Shown here: positions 1 to 11,219 of the stretch, in pieces
Layout: each line of letters starts with the position of its first letter
Position numbering within the stretch: the stretch's first letter is position 1
IMG/VR virus record: IMGVR_UViG_3300046167_000815
Span: 1 to 64,000 of that record
DNA length: 64,000 bases
From: a virus
Strand: one strand, 5' to 3'
Position numbers and translations under genes: made by a program
Notes under the pieces: model-generated
Told to the model about the DNA's origin: nothing
Seen by the model: only the letters and a program-made list of their open reading frames with translations
Database searches by the model: none

Positions 1-1
1 T

Positions 2-454
2 GAAGATAAATCTAAAGGTAAATTAGAATCTTCTAAAATTATGTGGGCTATACAAATGTGCGAGACACCTAACTCAAAGTTTTATAATCGTCCTGGAAAA
101 TATAAAGAAATGTCTGCTACTTTTTTAAAAGATGTTTCTCATAACTGGAAAAAACTTAATCCTGTAGTAGAGTCTTATAAAAATTCTGCATTAACAGATG
201 CAGAAAGAGCCTTGACTTCTTGGAACGATACTATTAAGATGAGAGATAAAGCTATTAAATCTATGTACGAAGAATTACTTGTTAATGCTTTAGGAGATTT
301 AGATACAAAAGCTTTAGCAGATGTAGATAAGATGTTAGCACTTACACCTAAATTATTTGACGATTATAATAAAATAAAGACAACGTTTGAAGAAGAAAAG
401 ATTCAGAAAAAAGGAAAACAAACTTTTTCGTTGTCAGATGAAGATGCCTTATGA
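2..454 (+). CDS. Conserved crAss-like protein upstream of TerL (possible small terminase); 5'-truncated by the window edge
   Basis: Frame is open from position 2 (EDKSKGKLESSKIMWAI...), so the start lies upstream of the window; the stop overlaps the TerL start (ATGA). Function inferred from position only. Confidence 0.55.
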   Translation, partial: EDKSKGKLESSKIMWAIQMCETPNSKFYNRPGKYKEMSATFLKDVSHNWKKLNPVVESYKNSALTDAERALTSWNDTIKMRDKAIKSMYEELLVNALGDLDTKALADVDKMLALTPKLFDDYNKIKTTFEEEKIQKKGKQTFSLSDEDAL

Positions 455-2625
455 TAGTAAACAACTCTAACTTTCTTGTAGGCACTATACCTAATCTACA
501 TCCTGAACTAGAATACTACGAAAGGATTTCTTATTGGCAAACACAAAAACGTAGATGCATTGAAGGATATTGGCAACAAGGCAAATGGATGCCAGGCCCA
601 TTATACTACTACGTAAATTTCCATAATATACTTTTTGAGGACGACAGCTCTGTGTCGCAAGCATCTGGTTTGCCTTGGCTACGTGACTTGGATTGGGAAA
701 TGTATTATATCTACGAAGAGTGTAGAGGTTTTTCAGGATTTTCAAAAGATAAAAAATATACCTGTGATAGAAGATACGGTCCAGAAAAAGATTTAGCTCT
801 TCTTTTAGGACGTATTACAGAAAAAGAAATTAATTCTAAAGTTTATATGGACGCAAGATCTTATTTGCGTATGAACCATAAAACAGACTTAGGAAAGCCT
901 TTATATAAAAACGAAGCAAAACATTTAATTAGTATACAGTCCCGTGGTGGGGGTAAGTCATATGGTAGTTCTGGTATTCTAAATCATAATTATTTATTTG
1001 ACGGAGCTACAGATTACGACGTTTATTTAGATCGTAAAAAAGCTAAGAACTACATTGCATCTGATACTATTATAGGCGCTATTGATACTAAGTATACTGG
1101 GCCTCTTGTTAAAAAAGTACTCCATGCTCTTGAGATGTTGCCTGGAGGATATAAAGTATCTGCAGAAGAATCACATCCTTCTCCGTTACTAGTTAGTCAT
1201 AGTGGGTCGCTTGCTGCCAATAAAGAATATCAATCTAAAACTGGTTCTTTGTTAAGGCATAGAACTTTTAAAGATAATCCGCTAGCAGCCAATGGTACTC
1301 GACCTAACTTAGTTGTGTTAGATGAGGTTGGTTTTATGAGTAACATAAAAGAATCTTGGGCAGCAATTGAAGCAACACAACAGTCAAAGCAAAAAAAGAA
1401 TCTAGTTATGTGGGCCCTAGGTACAGGAGGTCTTGTATCTGGTAGAGCTGCTTTGTATGCAGAAAGTATATTTAGAAATCCTAGTGATTATAATTGTCTA
1501 GTCTTTGAGGATATTTTTGAGAACAGAGGAGACATAGGATACTTTGTTCCTTTTTGGAAAACTCTTAACGAATTTAAAGAAGGCGATAATCTTATTACTA
1601 ATGAACAGCGATCTATGTTGTATATAGAACATAGACGTAAAGAAGCTAAAAAATCTGACGACCCTTCTGTTTACCAGGGAGAAATAATTAACGGACCTAT
1701 TGTTCCGTCAGAAGCATTCTTAGTTGTAGAAGGTAGTTATTTTCCTACTTTGTTTTTAAAAAATCATTTATCAGAATTAGAAGGAGGTAAGCTAACAAAA
1801 TATTTAGAAAGTTCTTTTAAGGGCACATTAATATTTGACAACAACGGAGAAGTAGATTTTTCTACAATACAAGATGCTAAACCTATTCGTAATTATCCTC
1901 TTAAAAAAGAAGATCCTAAAGCAGGGTGTGTAGAAGTTTGGGTTAAGCCGCAAAAAAATGAAGAAGGCGTAGTACCTAGAAATACTTATATAGCAGGAAT
2001 GGATGTCGTGGATAAAGCCAGGGCAACTACCACCTCTCTTCCTTCTATAGTAGTAATGAATAGATTTACTAGACAAATAGTTGCAGAGTACACAGGACGT
2101 ACAGACGATCCTAATGATTTTTATGAAATCTGTAGAAAATTATTATTATATTATAATGCTACAGGAATGTACGAGCAAAACTTACCTGGTTTGTTTACAT
2201 ACTTTGAACGTAAAAAATGTTTGTATTTATTAGCAGATACTCCTTATCAATTACGTAACTCAGATACTTTTAAACAAGGTAGTAACACTTCTAAGGGAAT
2301 TAATGCGTCTGAGAAAGTAAACCAGACTGCCAGAGATTTTATTAAATCTTTTTTATTAGAAACAGTTTCTAATAATTCTGATACAAGAGTATTAGAACTT
2401 ATTTATTCTACAGCAATGATAAAAGAACTTATTATGTGGAATAAGAGAGGTAACTTTGACCGTGTATCATCTTTAGGCATGCTTATGTGGCACGATGCTA
2501 CTACACAAATAAATATACAAGAAAATACTAAAAAAGTAAAAACTTTCTTAGAAGATCCTTACTGGGAAGAGTTTGGAGTTCTTAGAGATACAAACGTAAA
2601 CAAAGCTTCATTTAACGATTTCTGA
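451..2625 (+). CDS. terL: Terminase large subunit
   Basis: Walker A SRGGGKS, Walker B LVVLDEVG, nuclease motifs YIAGMDVV and NFDRVSSLGM; N-terminal YW..QKRRCIEGY/GPLYYYVNF resembles crAss-like TerL; lies directly before the portal. Confidence 0.95.
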   Translation: MIVNNSNFLVGTIPNLHPELEYYERISYWQTQKRRCIEGYWQQGKWMPGPLYYYVNFHNILFEDDSSVSQASGLPWLRDLDWEMYYIYEECRGFSGFSKDKKYTCDRRYGPEKDLALLLGRITEKEINSKVYMDARSYLRMNHKTDLGKPLYKNEAKHLISIQSRGGGKSYGSSGILNHNYLFDGATDYDVYLDRKKAKNYIASDTIIGAIDTKYTGPLVKKVLHALEMLPGGYKVSAEESHPSPLLVSHSGSLAANKEYQSKTGSLLRHRTFKDNPLAANGTRPNLVVLDEVGFMSNIKESWAAIEATQQSKQKKNLVMWALGTGGLVSGRAALYAESIFRNPSDYNCLVFEDIFENRGDIGYFVPFWKTLNEFKEGDNLITNEQRSMLYIEHRRKEAKKSDDPSVYQGEIINGPIVPSEAFLVVEGSYFPTLFLKNHLSELEGGKLTKYLESSFKGTLIFDNNGEVDFSTIQDAKPIRNYPLKKEDPKAGCVEVWVKPQKNEEGVVPRNTYIAGMDVVDKARATTTSLPSIVVMNRFTRQIVAEYTGRTDDPNDFYEICRKLLLYYNATGMYEQNLPGLFTYFERKKCLYLLADTPYQLRNSDTFKQGSNTSKGINASEKVNQTARDFIKSFLLETVSNNSDTRVLELIYSTAMIKELIMWNKRGNFDRVSSLGMLMWHDATTQINIQENTKKVKTFLEDPYWEEFGVLRDTNVNKASFNDF

Positions 2626-2666
2626 TAAGAATTTAGACTTGATAATGAAGTTTAAATTTTTATCTT

Positions 2667-2674
2667 TAACTTTG
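2667..2674 (+). promoter_or_regulatory. Bacteroidota-type -7 promoter box (TAACTTTG) before the portal
   Basis: Matches TAnnTTTG in the intergenic region about 20 nt before ATG 2695; no clear -33 element at canonical spacing. Confidence 0.5.
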
Positions 2675-2694
2675 TTATTAAAATAAAAATTCAC

Positions 2695-5139
2695 ATGGCA
2701 CAATCCTCAAGTGTAAAAATGAATAACTTAATTAGCTTTCCTAGGCAAAAGTTATCAGACAAAAAGAAAACAGATAAGTGGTATAAAGAGTGCGTAGATT
2801 ACGCAGAAAACCTTTTAACATCTGATTACGATCTAAGAGCACATTTTAAAAAGAAAGATACTAACTACAAGTTACGTTCTAATATTATTAATCCAAAAGA
2901 TTTTCAGAGATACATTAATCCTGATAACTTAGATCTAAGCAAACTTCCTGCACAATTTCAACACATAGGAATAGAAAATTCTAAAATAAATTTATTATTA
3001 GGAGAATATTCTAAGAGAAGAAAAGAATATAGAGCTTATATATCTGCTAATGATAAAGAAGGTATTTCTAGAAAAGAAATAGAACTTAAAAAACAAATGG
3101 ATGATGTCTTTACAAGAATCATTACAGGAGACGCTATTTCAGAAGAAGAGATACAAGAGAAGCTAAAAGAACAAATGGATTATGCTGCATATGATTTTCA
3201 AGACATTGCAGAAATTACAGCTAATAAAATTTTAAAACGAGAATATAAAGAGCAGAATTTAGATTTCTTATTCCTACGAACTTTTGAGGATTTGTTGGTA
3301 GCAGGAGAAGAGATTGTATACTGCGGTGTTCTAGGAGGCGAGCCTGTCATGAGAAGAGTCAATCCTATGAACCTTTATACTTTAGGAGGTAGCTCAATGT
3401 ATATTGAGGATTCTGATATTATTGTATGGCACGACTACATGTCAGTAGGCCAAGTTATTGACGATTACTGGGATGAGTTAGAACCTAAAGATGTAGAGTT
3501 TTTAGAAACAGGGTCATAAAACAAATTCAGAAACTAGTACTGCTATAGGTCTTAATAGAGACTACGCAATAAATGATATTTTTGGAGATGTAGATGCATT
3601 ACAAATTTTTCATCCATCAGAAATAGGAACTAAAACATTTGGCGGTTCTTTTGATACTAGCGGTAATGTAAGAGTTATAAAAGCTTGTTGGAGATCTAGA
3701 CGTAAAATATACAAACGTAAATATTACGATGAAGACGGAGAAGCTCAATATGACTATGTAGATGAAAACTACAAAGCAAAAAAAGATCTAGGAGAAGAGC
3801 TAGAAGAAACTTGGGTAAACGAATGGCTAGAAGGCTACTAAGATTGGAGACGATATTTATGTAGGAATGAAACCTATTGCTTACTCTGGAAAATCATTAG
3901 TTAATAAATCTAAAGGTACGCCTCCATTTATTGGTTCTGTAAATAGTACTAATGATTCACGTGTACAGTCTTTGTCAGATATAATGAAGCCTCTTACTTA
4001 CTCTTATGATATTGCATATTATAAACGTGAGTTAGAAATTGCTACATACAAAGGAAACTTTGCTGCAATTAATGCGTCTATGATTCCTGCAGGATGGAAA
4101 CCTGCTGAATGGATACGTTATATAACAGTAAATAAATTCGGATTCTTAGATCCTACAAACGAAATACTAAAGGGCCCTTCTCAAGGTAAGTCTGCAGGAG
4201 CATACAATACTTTGACTGCTACTAATGTACAGATAGGAGATCCTAATGCAATTCAGATGTATACTAATATACTAGTAGACATTGAAAATACACTTGGTAA
4301 ACTTGCAGGAGTATCTGGCGCAAGAGAAGGACAAATACAAAACCGTGAGGCTGTAGGAAATGTAGAACGTGAAGTTGCACAAACTTCTCACATTACAGAA
4401 AAATGGTTTGCAGTAGACAGCAACTTCCGTAAACGAGCAATGACTAAATTTTTAGATTGTGCTAAATATGCTTACAAAAAGAATCCAAAAAGAGCCCAGT
4501 ATCTTATGGACGACATGGGTATGGTAATGATAGATTACTTTGACGAGTTTGCTGCTTCCGAGATGGATATATTTGTAGGTAACTCTACAGAAGACACTGC
4601 TCTTTACCAACAAATTAAATCTTTATCTCAAGCTGCTATACAAAATGGCCAGGCTAAAATAGAAGATCTAATTGCAATATCTACGTCAGAATCTGTACAA
4701 GAAACTTCTCGTAAACTTAAAAATTCTGCAGAGCGTATTAGAAAAGAACAAAACGAAAGAGCTGAAGCAGATAGAGCGTCACAAGAAAAACTTCAGATGA
4801 TGAAGCAAGAATTCCAAGAAAAGATGTGGCAGAGAGATGATTTTAATAAAGAAGAAGATCGTAAAATAGAATATGCTAAGATCGAACAAAAAAGAGAAGA
4901 GGCGGTTATGAAAGAAGAAGTTTCTCTTGTTCGTGAAAATATGAAAATGGTAGATTCTGATGGAAACGGTATTCCTGATGAAATAGATCTTAGAAGAACA
5001 GAAGTTGACGAAACTTATAAACAAGATTCTATAGCATTAGGACAAGCAAAATTAGAAGAAACTAAAAGAAGTAATATGGCCTAATGAAGAAATAAAAAGA
5101 CAAAAACCTGTTAAAGTTGTAGCAGGAGGTAAAGAGTAA
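2695..5139 (+). CDS. Portal protein, split by three apparent single-base insertions (~3512, ~3836, ~5081)
   Basis: ORFs 2695-3519 and 3867-5084 are bridged by an open frame (GLNRDYAINDIFG...WRSRRKIY...WVNEWLEG-TKIGDDIYVGMKP), and the C-terminus continues NEEIKRQKPVKVVAGGKE* to 5139. Motifs FPRQKLS, INLLLGE and REGQI, a coiled-coil C-terminus, and position after TerL. Confidence 0.88.
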
Positions 5140-5235
5140 TTTTAATATTTGGCTATAGCACTAAGAGAAAAATAACATATATATAGTTTATGGACTATAA
5201 AAATAATTTTAATATTGTAATTAAATAAAGACAGC

Positions 5236-6438
5236 ATGAGTGAAGAAAACGAATTATTTGACGGTATTCAAATTTTATCACCTGGTGAAGTAGAAGCACA
5301 GCACAACAAAGGAAGTGAGGAACCTGTTGCTGAAGAAGCCTACTGAAACTGTAGAAGAAGAGGTAGCTCTTCCTGAAGCAGGAACAGAAGATAGCGATGA
5401 ATCCGCCATTGCTCCAGTTGAACGAGAGAGTTCACCTGTAATTGAAAATGAAGAAGACGATTCTATTGAATCCGAAGCACCCGCAGAAGGTACTACTCGT
5501 TACCAAGCCCTTATTAAAGACTTGGCAAACGAAGAAATCTTTGAAGGTACTACTGAAGAAGAGATGGAAGAAATGCTAAAGGATGCTTCAGGCAGATACC
5601 TATTAAGAAATTAATGGAACTTACTGTTGATACAAAACTTAAAGCTAAACAAAATGCTTGGTTAAATAACTTTGACGGAGCTAAGAGACGATTTTTAGAA
5701 ATCGAAGATAAGTTTAGCGATACAGATACAGCTATCCAAATGGCACAGCGTCTTGAGTTCTTTGATAATTTAACAGAGCAGAATCTTTCAGAAGATACTA
5801 ATCTTCAAAAGAATCTGTACTTTGAGTATTTAGTAGGCAAAAACTTTTCTGAAGAAGAGGCCAGAGAAATGGTAGAAGAAGCTGACGGAATAGATAAACT
5901 ATACGAAAAAGCAAGTTCTGCATTACCAGCCTTAAAAAGAGAAGCTACACAATTTGTAGCTAATTCTGAAGCAGAAAAAATACAAGCCCAAGAAAACTAC
6001 TCTAAACAACAACAAGAGCAGTTTGAAAATTTAATGCAAACAGTAGACAGTAAAGAATTTTTTATAGACGGTCTTAAAATTAATAAGACAGTTAAAGATA
6101 AAATTAAGTCTAATATGACTAGTCCTGTTTACAAAACTGAAGACGGACGAGAACTAACAAGTTTAATGTATAAACAAATGAGAAGCCCTGGAGAATTCCA
6201 AGCTCTTATGAGTTACTACGATACTATAGGATTGTTCGATGTAGATAAAGAAGGAAAGTTTTCTCCTAATATCGAAAAAATAAAAAAAGTAGCTAAAACA
6301 AAAGCGGTAACAGAGCTTGATAGAGTATTAGCTACAGAAGAACAAAGAGGAGTCGGAAGACAAAATTCTAACCGACCTTCTGGAAAGTCTTCTGGAATAT
6401 TAAGTATTCTAGAAGCAGGACAAAAGAAAAAAAGATAA
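5236..6438 (+). CDS. Acidic scaffold-like head protein between portal and MCP (frameshifted near 5340, 5591, 5600)
   Basis: ATG 5236 (MSEENELFDGIQILSPGEVE...) joins ORFs 5315-5614 and 5614-6438 after removing single extra bases; very acidic N-half, helical C-half; conserved crAss-like position. Confidence 0.65.
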
Positions 6439-6475
6439 ATAAATATATTCGTTGAATAAATAAATAAATAAACAA

Positions 6476-7984
6476 ATGTCACAATTACTTCCGTTACAAA
6501 AGTATGCTGCAGTTGATTATAACGGTTTGGTTACCGATAATCACTTCCATGCTTTGTATCAACAAAAACCAGAATTGATCTCTGATACTATCAAATCAAT
6601 TTACAAAACTAATTTGCAAGGAAAACTACGTGAATTCGTAGATCGTTTCCCAGTAAAAGAAGTTGAACAAGAAAATGGATTCTACAACTGGATGTTGCAG
6701 GGTCAACACGACAAGAACTTAGCAGTTTCAGATGCTGAGGATTTTGCAGGTAACACTTTGTCTGCTGGGACATTCCCAGGAAACATTGGCGCAAACGGTC
6801 AACGTTTTTACCTTATCTTCGATGAGCCTTTGTTTGAAGAAACAAACGTTATTCGTGGAGAATCTGATACGTACCACTTCTTAGTAAAGAAAGTACACGA
6901 TGCTGGATCTCGTTTTAAAGTAGAGGTTGAGTTGTTTACTGATGATGAGAACATGAGTGTTCCTTCAGATGAAATCGCAGTAGGTACTCGTTTCTCTAAA
7001 TTTTACGATGCAGTTCCTTCTACATTGTCTTACAAAGGTGCAGAGCCTTACTTCACTTCTCCTTGGAGAATGGAAAACCGTCCTACTACAATGCGTATGC
7101 AGTACAAAGTTGCTGGTAACACTATCAACAAAGGGAAAAACGAACCTTTAGAGTTTGGATTCACTTACAAAGGACAAACAGAATCAATGTGGATTAACTA
7201 CCAAGATATGGTAGCGCATCACCAATGTGAAGAAATGTTTGCAAGAATGTGTCTTTACGGAAAGAAAAATTGGACTGCAGATCACAAATATTTGAACAAA
7301 GACGACAATACTAAATATAGCATTGAGTCAGGTTCAGGTTTCTTTGAGCAAATTGCTCCATCAAACGTTCACTACTACAACACTTACGACCTTGATTGGC
7401 ACCTAGAGATGCTTCTTGATATGGGAGTTGGGAAATTGGAAAGAGGTAAACGTATCGTTCACATCATGACTGGTGAGTTCGGAGCAATTGAGATTTCTAA
7501 GCAAATCGCTCAGAAAACTGCTGCACAAGTAACTATCGTTTCTGATAAATATATTACTGGAAGCACAGCTCCAGGAAACCTTGGAGGTAAGAATACTAAG
7601 TACTCTATGGAGCCACAATACAACATTTACCAATGGTACAATGGAGTAGAGCTTCGTATTGAAATCTTGGACTTCCTTGATGATGATGTTTACTTCCCAC
7701 AACGTCACCCAGATGGACTAGGAGGAGTAGAGTCACACAGAATGATTGCTCTTGACTATGGCGAAGATGCAGGAATTTACCGAGTTAAGCCAAAAGGAGT
7801 TCCAGATTATAACTGGGCGTACATCGCAGGAATGCGTGATCCTTTCACGGCTGGAGGTAAAGGTTCTCCTAAATCAGTAGCTTCTGCAATTGATGGATAC
7901 GAAGTACACTTCCAAAAATGGGGAGGTATGATGATCGAAGATCCAACAAAAGTAGTAGATCTACAGTTGTTAGTTGAAAGATAG
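6476..7984 (+). CDS. Major capsid protein (crAss-like, HK97 fold)
   Basis: 502 aa, highly-expressed-type codon usage, crAss MCP-like motifs (GSGFFEQI, TGEFGA, HPDGLGGVESHR, GMRDPF, DGYEVH); synteny after portal and scaffold. Confidence 0.9.
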   Translation: MSQLLPLQKYAAVDYNGLVTDNHFHALYQQKPELISDTIKSIYKTNLQGKLREFVDRFPVKEVEQENGFYNWMLQGQHDKNLAVSDAEDFAGNTLSAGTFPGNIGANGQRFYLIFDEPLFEETNVIRGESDTYHFLVKKVHDAGSRFKVEVELFTDDENMSVPSDEIAVGTRFSKFYDAVPSTLSYKGAEPYFTSPWRMENRPTTMRMQYKVAGNTINKGKNEPLEFGFTYKGQTESMWINYQDMVAHHQCEEMFARMCLYGKKNWTADHKYLNKDDNTKYSIESGSGFFEQIAPSNVHYYNTYDLDWHLEMLLDMGVGKLERGKRIVHIMTGEFGAIEISKQIAQKTAAQVTIVSDKYITGSTAPGNLGGKNTKYSMEPQYNIYQWYNGVELRIEILDFLDDDVYFPQRHPDGLGGVESHRMIALDYGEDAGIYRVKPKGVPDYNWAYIAGMRDPFTAGGKGSPKSVASAIDGYEVHFQKWGGMMIEDPTKVVDLQLLVER

Positions 7985-8001
7985 ACTATAATTAAATAAT
8001 T

Positions 8002-8034
8002 AGCTCCCTTGCTTGATTGCAGGGGAGCTTCTTT
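8002..8034 (+). terminator. Intrinsic terminator after MCP
   Basis: AGCTCCCTTGC-ttgatt-GCAGGGGAGCT stem-loop followed by TCTTT. Confidence 0.7.
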
Positions 8035-8066
8035 AAAATTTTTGAGGAAAAATAAAAGACAGCAAA

Positions 8067-9020
8067 ATGGCAAAAACAAAAACAGAAGAGAAAACAGACA
8101 TTATTTGGGGAACGTATTTACAAAATAAAATTGTAGACGTAAAACCAATTGAATCCTCTGGAAAGTGGAGAAAACTTTTAGTTGCAGGACAAGACATGAA
8201 GAAAGAACCTTACATGTTTAACAAAGTAAAGAAAAGTTTCCAAGTTCCGTTAATGAGTGCCTCTAGAGGAGGAGGTGTAAAAGTAGTATTTAACGATGTT
8301 GAAAGAACATTTATTAAAAAATACTATTCCAAATACCCAACGGGTATGACGGAAAAAGAGTTCTTTGAAGAAGAGTTAGGTGTAGACCTAAATCCTTATG
8401 GCGAACCAGGAAATAATTTCTGGAGAGACAATAAAAAAAGTAGAGTCACACTTACTAAAGAAGGTATGACTTTAAACCTTAACACATCTATGGGTATGTT
8501 GAGATATAAAATTTTATTGTCTAATAAGAATCTCATTTCTCCTTCGTATGAAGATAGAAGAAAAAGAGCTACTTATGAATTTATGATAGTTAACCAAGGA
8601 AAACTTACTACTAAAAAAGCAGAAGCTGGTAAACTTAAAAGTAAAGCATTTGCTGCATACGGTAGAATTATATCCGATATGGATTCTATGAAAGGATTTG
8701 TTAGAGCATTAGGAAGAGCTATTCCTGCCAACTATACAAATGATTGGCTAGAAGCAGAAATTTTAGATGTACTAGAAGAAAATCCTGCTGGATTCCTTAG
8801 AATAGTAGAAGATCCTTCTTATGAAGCTAAGATCTTTATTCAGAAAGCAGTTGAATGTGGGGCTATCAAACGTATGAATGATAAACGTTACGTTCTAGAC
8901 AATGGTATTGAGATTGGAGATTTGCCGCAATCTATTCAGTACTTGAACGATCCTGAACATCAGGAAGTAAAATTGAGAATAAAATCTCAAGTAGAAATGG
9001 CAAAAAGAAAAGAAAACTAA
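8067..9020 (+). CDS. Conserved crAss-like head-module protein following MCP
   Basis: 317-aa ORF in the conserved post-MCP position; function not assignable from sequence. Confidence 0.65.
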   Translation: MAKTKTEEKTDIIWGTYLQNKIVDVKPIESSGKWRKLLVAGQDMKKEPYMFNKVKKSFQVPLMSASRGGGVKVVFNDVERTFIKKYYSKYPTGMTEKEFFEEELGVDLNPYGEPGNNFWRDNKKSRVTLTKEGMTLNLNTSMGMLRYKILLSNKNLISPSYEDRRKRATYEFMIVNQGKLTTKKAEAGKLKSKAFAAYGRIISDMDSMKGFVRALGRAIPANYTNDWLEAEILDVLEENPAGFLRIVEDPSYEAKIFIQKAVECGAIKRMNDKRYVLDNGIEIGDLPQSIQYLNDPEHQEVKLRIKSQVEMAKRKEN

Positions 9021-9027
9021 AAAATAG

Positions 9028-9783
9028 ATGGACGCTAACAGCATGGCAGACGAACTAGACCAGCAAGTAGACAGAGCATCGAGCTTTGGATCACCTGGTT
9101 ACGAGAATGAAGATTACTCTTCTGTACTTACAGAAGCTATGCATGTGTACATCAAACAGTTCATTGACAGAAAGAATAACCGTAAAGGTGAAAGTTTAGA
9201 AGAAACTGAAGTTAGAAACCAAGGACTCAGTGCGCTTATTAAAAGAGGCGCTGGTCTTTCGGTTTCTTCTAGTCAGGCAGGAACATTCACTAACGGGACT
9301 TTTTATGATTTGCCTTCTGATTTTATGTACACCATACACGAAGAAGGCACAATAGATAAAAACAAATGTGATGACCCTAATACTCGTATACCAACGTTTT
9401 TTAGAGTTATATCACATGACGAGGTAACACGTTTAGAAAAGAATAAATATAAAAGACCTTATTATTATTCTTACGGTGACTCAATGACATGGAGATTAGT
9501 ATTCTCCAGAGAAGTAGATGGTAATAATCCATCTCTTCCTGCTACAGCAAAAAGACATCAGCTAGTAACTGATGGAACTTATAATGTAGAAAGCTACTCT
9601 ATTAATTACTTGAAGTTCCCAGAACCTATAGTAGTAGATAGAGAAGTTCCGACAAATCAAAGAAATTGTATTCTTGATGAGTCAACTCATTTAGTTATTA
9701 TTGATATAGCTAAGAGTTTATTATTAGAAAGAGTAAAAGAACAGGAGATAACTAATGTAATGTCTCCAAAAGATTTAGAATAA
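9028..9783 (+). CDS. Tail ring/adaptor protein
   Basis: Motifs SPGYENEDYS..LTEA, YLKFPEPI and CILDESTH..IIDIA resemble crAss-like ring proteins. Confidence 0.7.
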   Translation: MDANSMADELDQQVDRASSFGSPGYENEDYSSVLTEAMHVYIKQFIDRKNNRKGESLEETEVRNQGLSALIKRGAGLSVSSSQAGTFTNGTFYDLPSDFMYTIHEEGTIDKNKCDDPNTRIPTFFRVISHDEVTRLEKNKYKRPYYYSYGDSMTWRLVFSREVDGNNPSLPATAKRHQLVTDGTYNVESYSINYLKFPEPIVVDREVPTNQRNCILDESTHLVIIDIAKSLLLERVKEQEITNVMSPKDLE

Positions 9784-9809
9784 TAATTATTAATTAAAAA
9801 CAAAGTAAA

Positions 9810-11105
9810 ATGCTAAGAAAAGCAAACAATGTTTTCGGAACAGTCGTAAGTGACGTTACGAAACTTACTGCGGACCTCCCTGGTATTGGTGACGTAGTAA
9901 CAAATGACAATTTAGAAGAAGGTGCCGTAGTTTTAGTAGACGGTGGAAATGTACGTAGAACTTTTGCTACTATAGCTACTGGTGATATTTTTCACATTGT
10001 ACAAGGACGTGGAGCGACAAAGCCGCTTAACAAATCTGCTGCTATTGAAAAAGGGACAGAAACTATGTCTTTTCAAAAACACCTAGCTGCTATTCAGCAA
10101 ATAACTACTATTGGATCTAACGGTACAACAGGAGATTTGCCATCTGCAGACGACACTTCTTACTACATCAAGTTGCGTAAAAACGACAACGATGAAGGAA
10201 ATCGTTCACAGCCTTTTAGCTTGTTCGGTCAGTACAAAACTGGAACTGGTGCTACTCAAAGAGAAGTTGCATTTGGTCTTGCAGTTAACTTTACTGCTAA
10301 CATGGCAAAAGAAGCTGCAGGTACTAATGGATACGTTGCTATTCAAGTTACAACAGAAGCTGCTGATGCGGTAATTGGCGGTATAACAAGTATTTCTATT
10401 GCTGAAGGATCTAAAACAGGAACTTTCTTTAACGGCGGATCTCCTGCTACTCCTACTCTTGCTGTAGGCGACTTAGTTCGAGTAGAAGGTTCAGGTTTTG
10501 ATAAACAAGTTTACGAAGTAAAAGCTTTAGCTGGAGCTGTAGTTACTTTTGATCGACCTTTAGTTCTTACTACTGGTTTTGGCACTACTTCATTTGCTAG
10601 CCCAAGAAAGATTGTTGCTGCAACTGCAAACACTGCTGTTTACGGTATCAAACTTACAGGTATTGAGTCTGCTTTTGACGTAAACAAATTCCGTAACTAT
10701 TTTGCAAATCGTTTTACAGCTACGTTTAGCGATGCTTCTACACTTGTTACTTCTGTTGCTGGTGCACGAGGAGGTTCTGGTGTATGGCAACAAGTTGCTA
10801 TGGATGAGTACATGAGTGCTGGTTTCGACGGTGAAAACGGTATGTTGGGTACACCTCCATCACTACGTGATGCTTCTGTTAAGATTCCTGGAGTAGGAGG
10901 TCAAACAGCGGCTACATGTCGATATTCTAGCGTTACTCTTGCATGGACTTCTGAGTCAAGCGAATTAGTAGGAATTAGCAAAGGAAAAGGAAGTGTAATC
11001 ATATACTTAAACCTTGATGCTTCAGGTGATCTTAGTAGTACAACCAATACTGGAAGAGCATTAGCTGACACACTAGGCGTTCCTTCTGGAGATTTGGACG
11101 CATAA
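9810..11105 (+). CDS. Auxiliary capsid (decoration) protein
   Basis: 431 aa, Ala/Gly/Thr-rich beta-type protein with high-expression codons, GSGVWQQVA motif, followed by a strong terminator; position matches crAss auxiliary capsid genes. Confidence 0.6.
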   Translation: MLRKANNVFGTVVSDVTKLTADLPGIGDVVTNDNLEEGAVVLVDGGNVRRTFATIATGDIFHIVQGRGATKPLNKSAAIEKGTETMSFQKHLAAIQQITTIGSNGTTGDLPSADDTSYYIKLRKNDNDEGNRSQPFSLFGQYKTGTGATQREVAFGLAVNFTANMAKEAAGTNGYVAIQVTTEAADAVIGGITSISIAEGSKTGTFFNGGSPATPTLAVGDLVRVEGSGFDKQVYEVKALAGAVVTFDRPLVLTTGFGTTSFASPRKIVAATANTAVYGIKLTGIESAFDVNKFRNYFANRFTATFSDASTLVTSVAGARGGSGVWQQVAMDEYMSAGFDGENGMLGTPPSLRDASVKIPGVGGQTAATCRYSSVTLAWTSESSELVGISKGKGSVIIYLNLDASGDLSSTTNTGRALADTLGVPSGDLDA

Positions 11106-11126
11106 TAATTTTTCTCCTCAACCCTT

Positions 11127-11171
11127 AGTAGCCTGCCGAAATTTTGCTGTCGAGGCAGGCTACTTTTTTTT
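11127..11171 (+). terminator. Intrinsic terminator with an unusually large 16-nt loop
   Basis: AGTAGCCTGCC / GGCAGGCTACT perfect 11-bp stem followed by a T-run. Confidence 0.85.
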
Positions 11172-11186
11172 ATCTTAAATATTTAT

Positions 11187-11194
11187 TACTTTTG
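11187..11194 (+). promoter_or_regulatory. Bacteroidota-type -7 box (TACTTTTG)
   Basis: TAnnTTTG directly after the terminator and before ATG 11220. Confidence 0.55.
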
Positions 11195-11219
11195 AAAGAG
11201 TAATATAAAACTACAACAA

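Noticed and set aside
3520-3866. Intron or insertion in the portal gene (similarly 24381-24610 in the muzzle gene)
   Set aside because: Both gaps are open coding sequence in another frame with family-typical motifs; single-base corrections restore continuity.
2695-6438. Stop-codon reassignment (TAG/TGA readthrough, known in some crAss-like phages) as the cause of split genes
   Set aside because: The breaks change reading frame rather than being in-frame stops, TAG terminates intact genes such as MCP, and multi-kb ORFs are open in the standard code.
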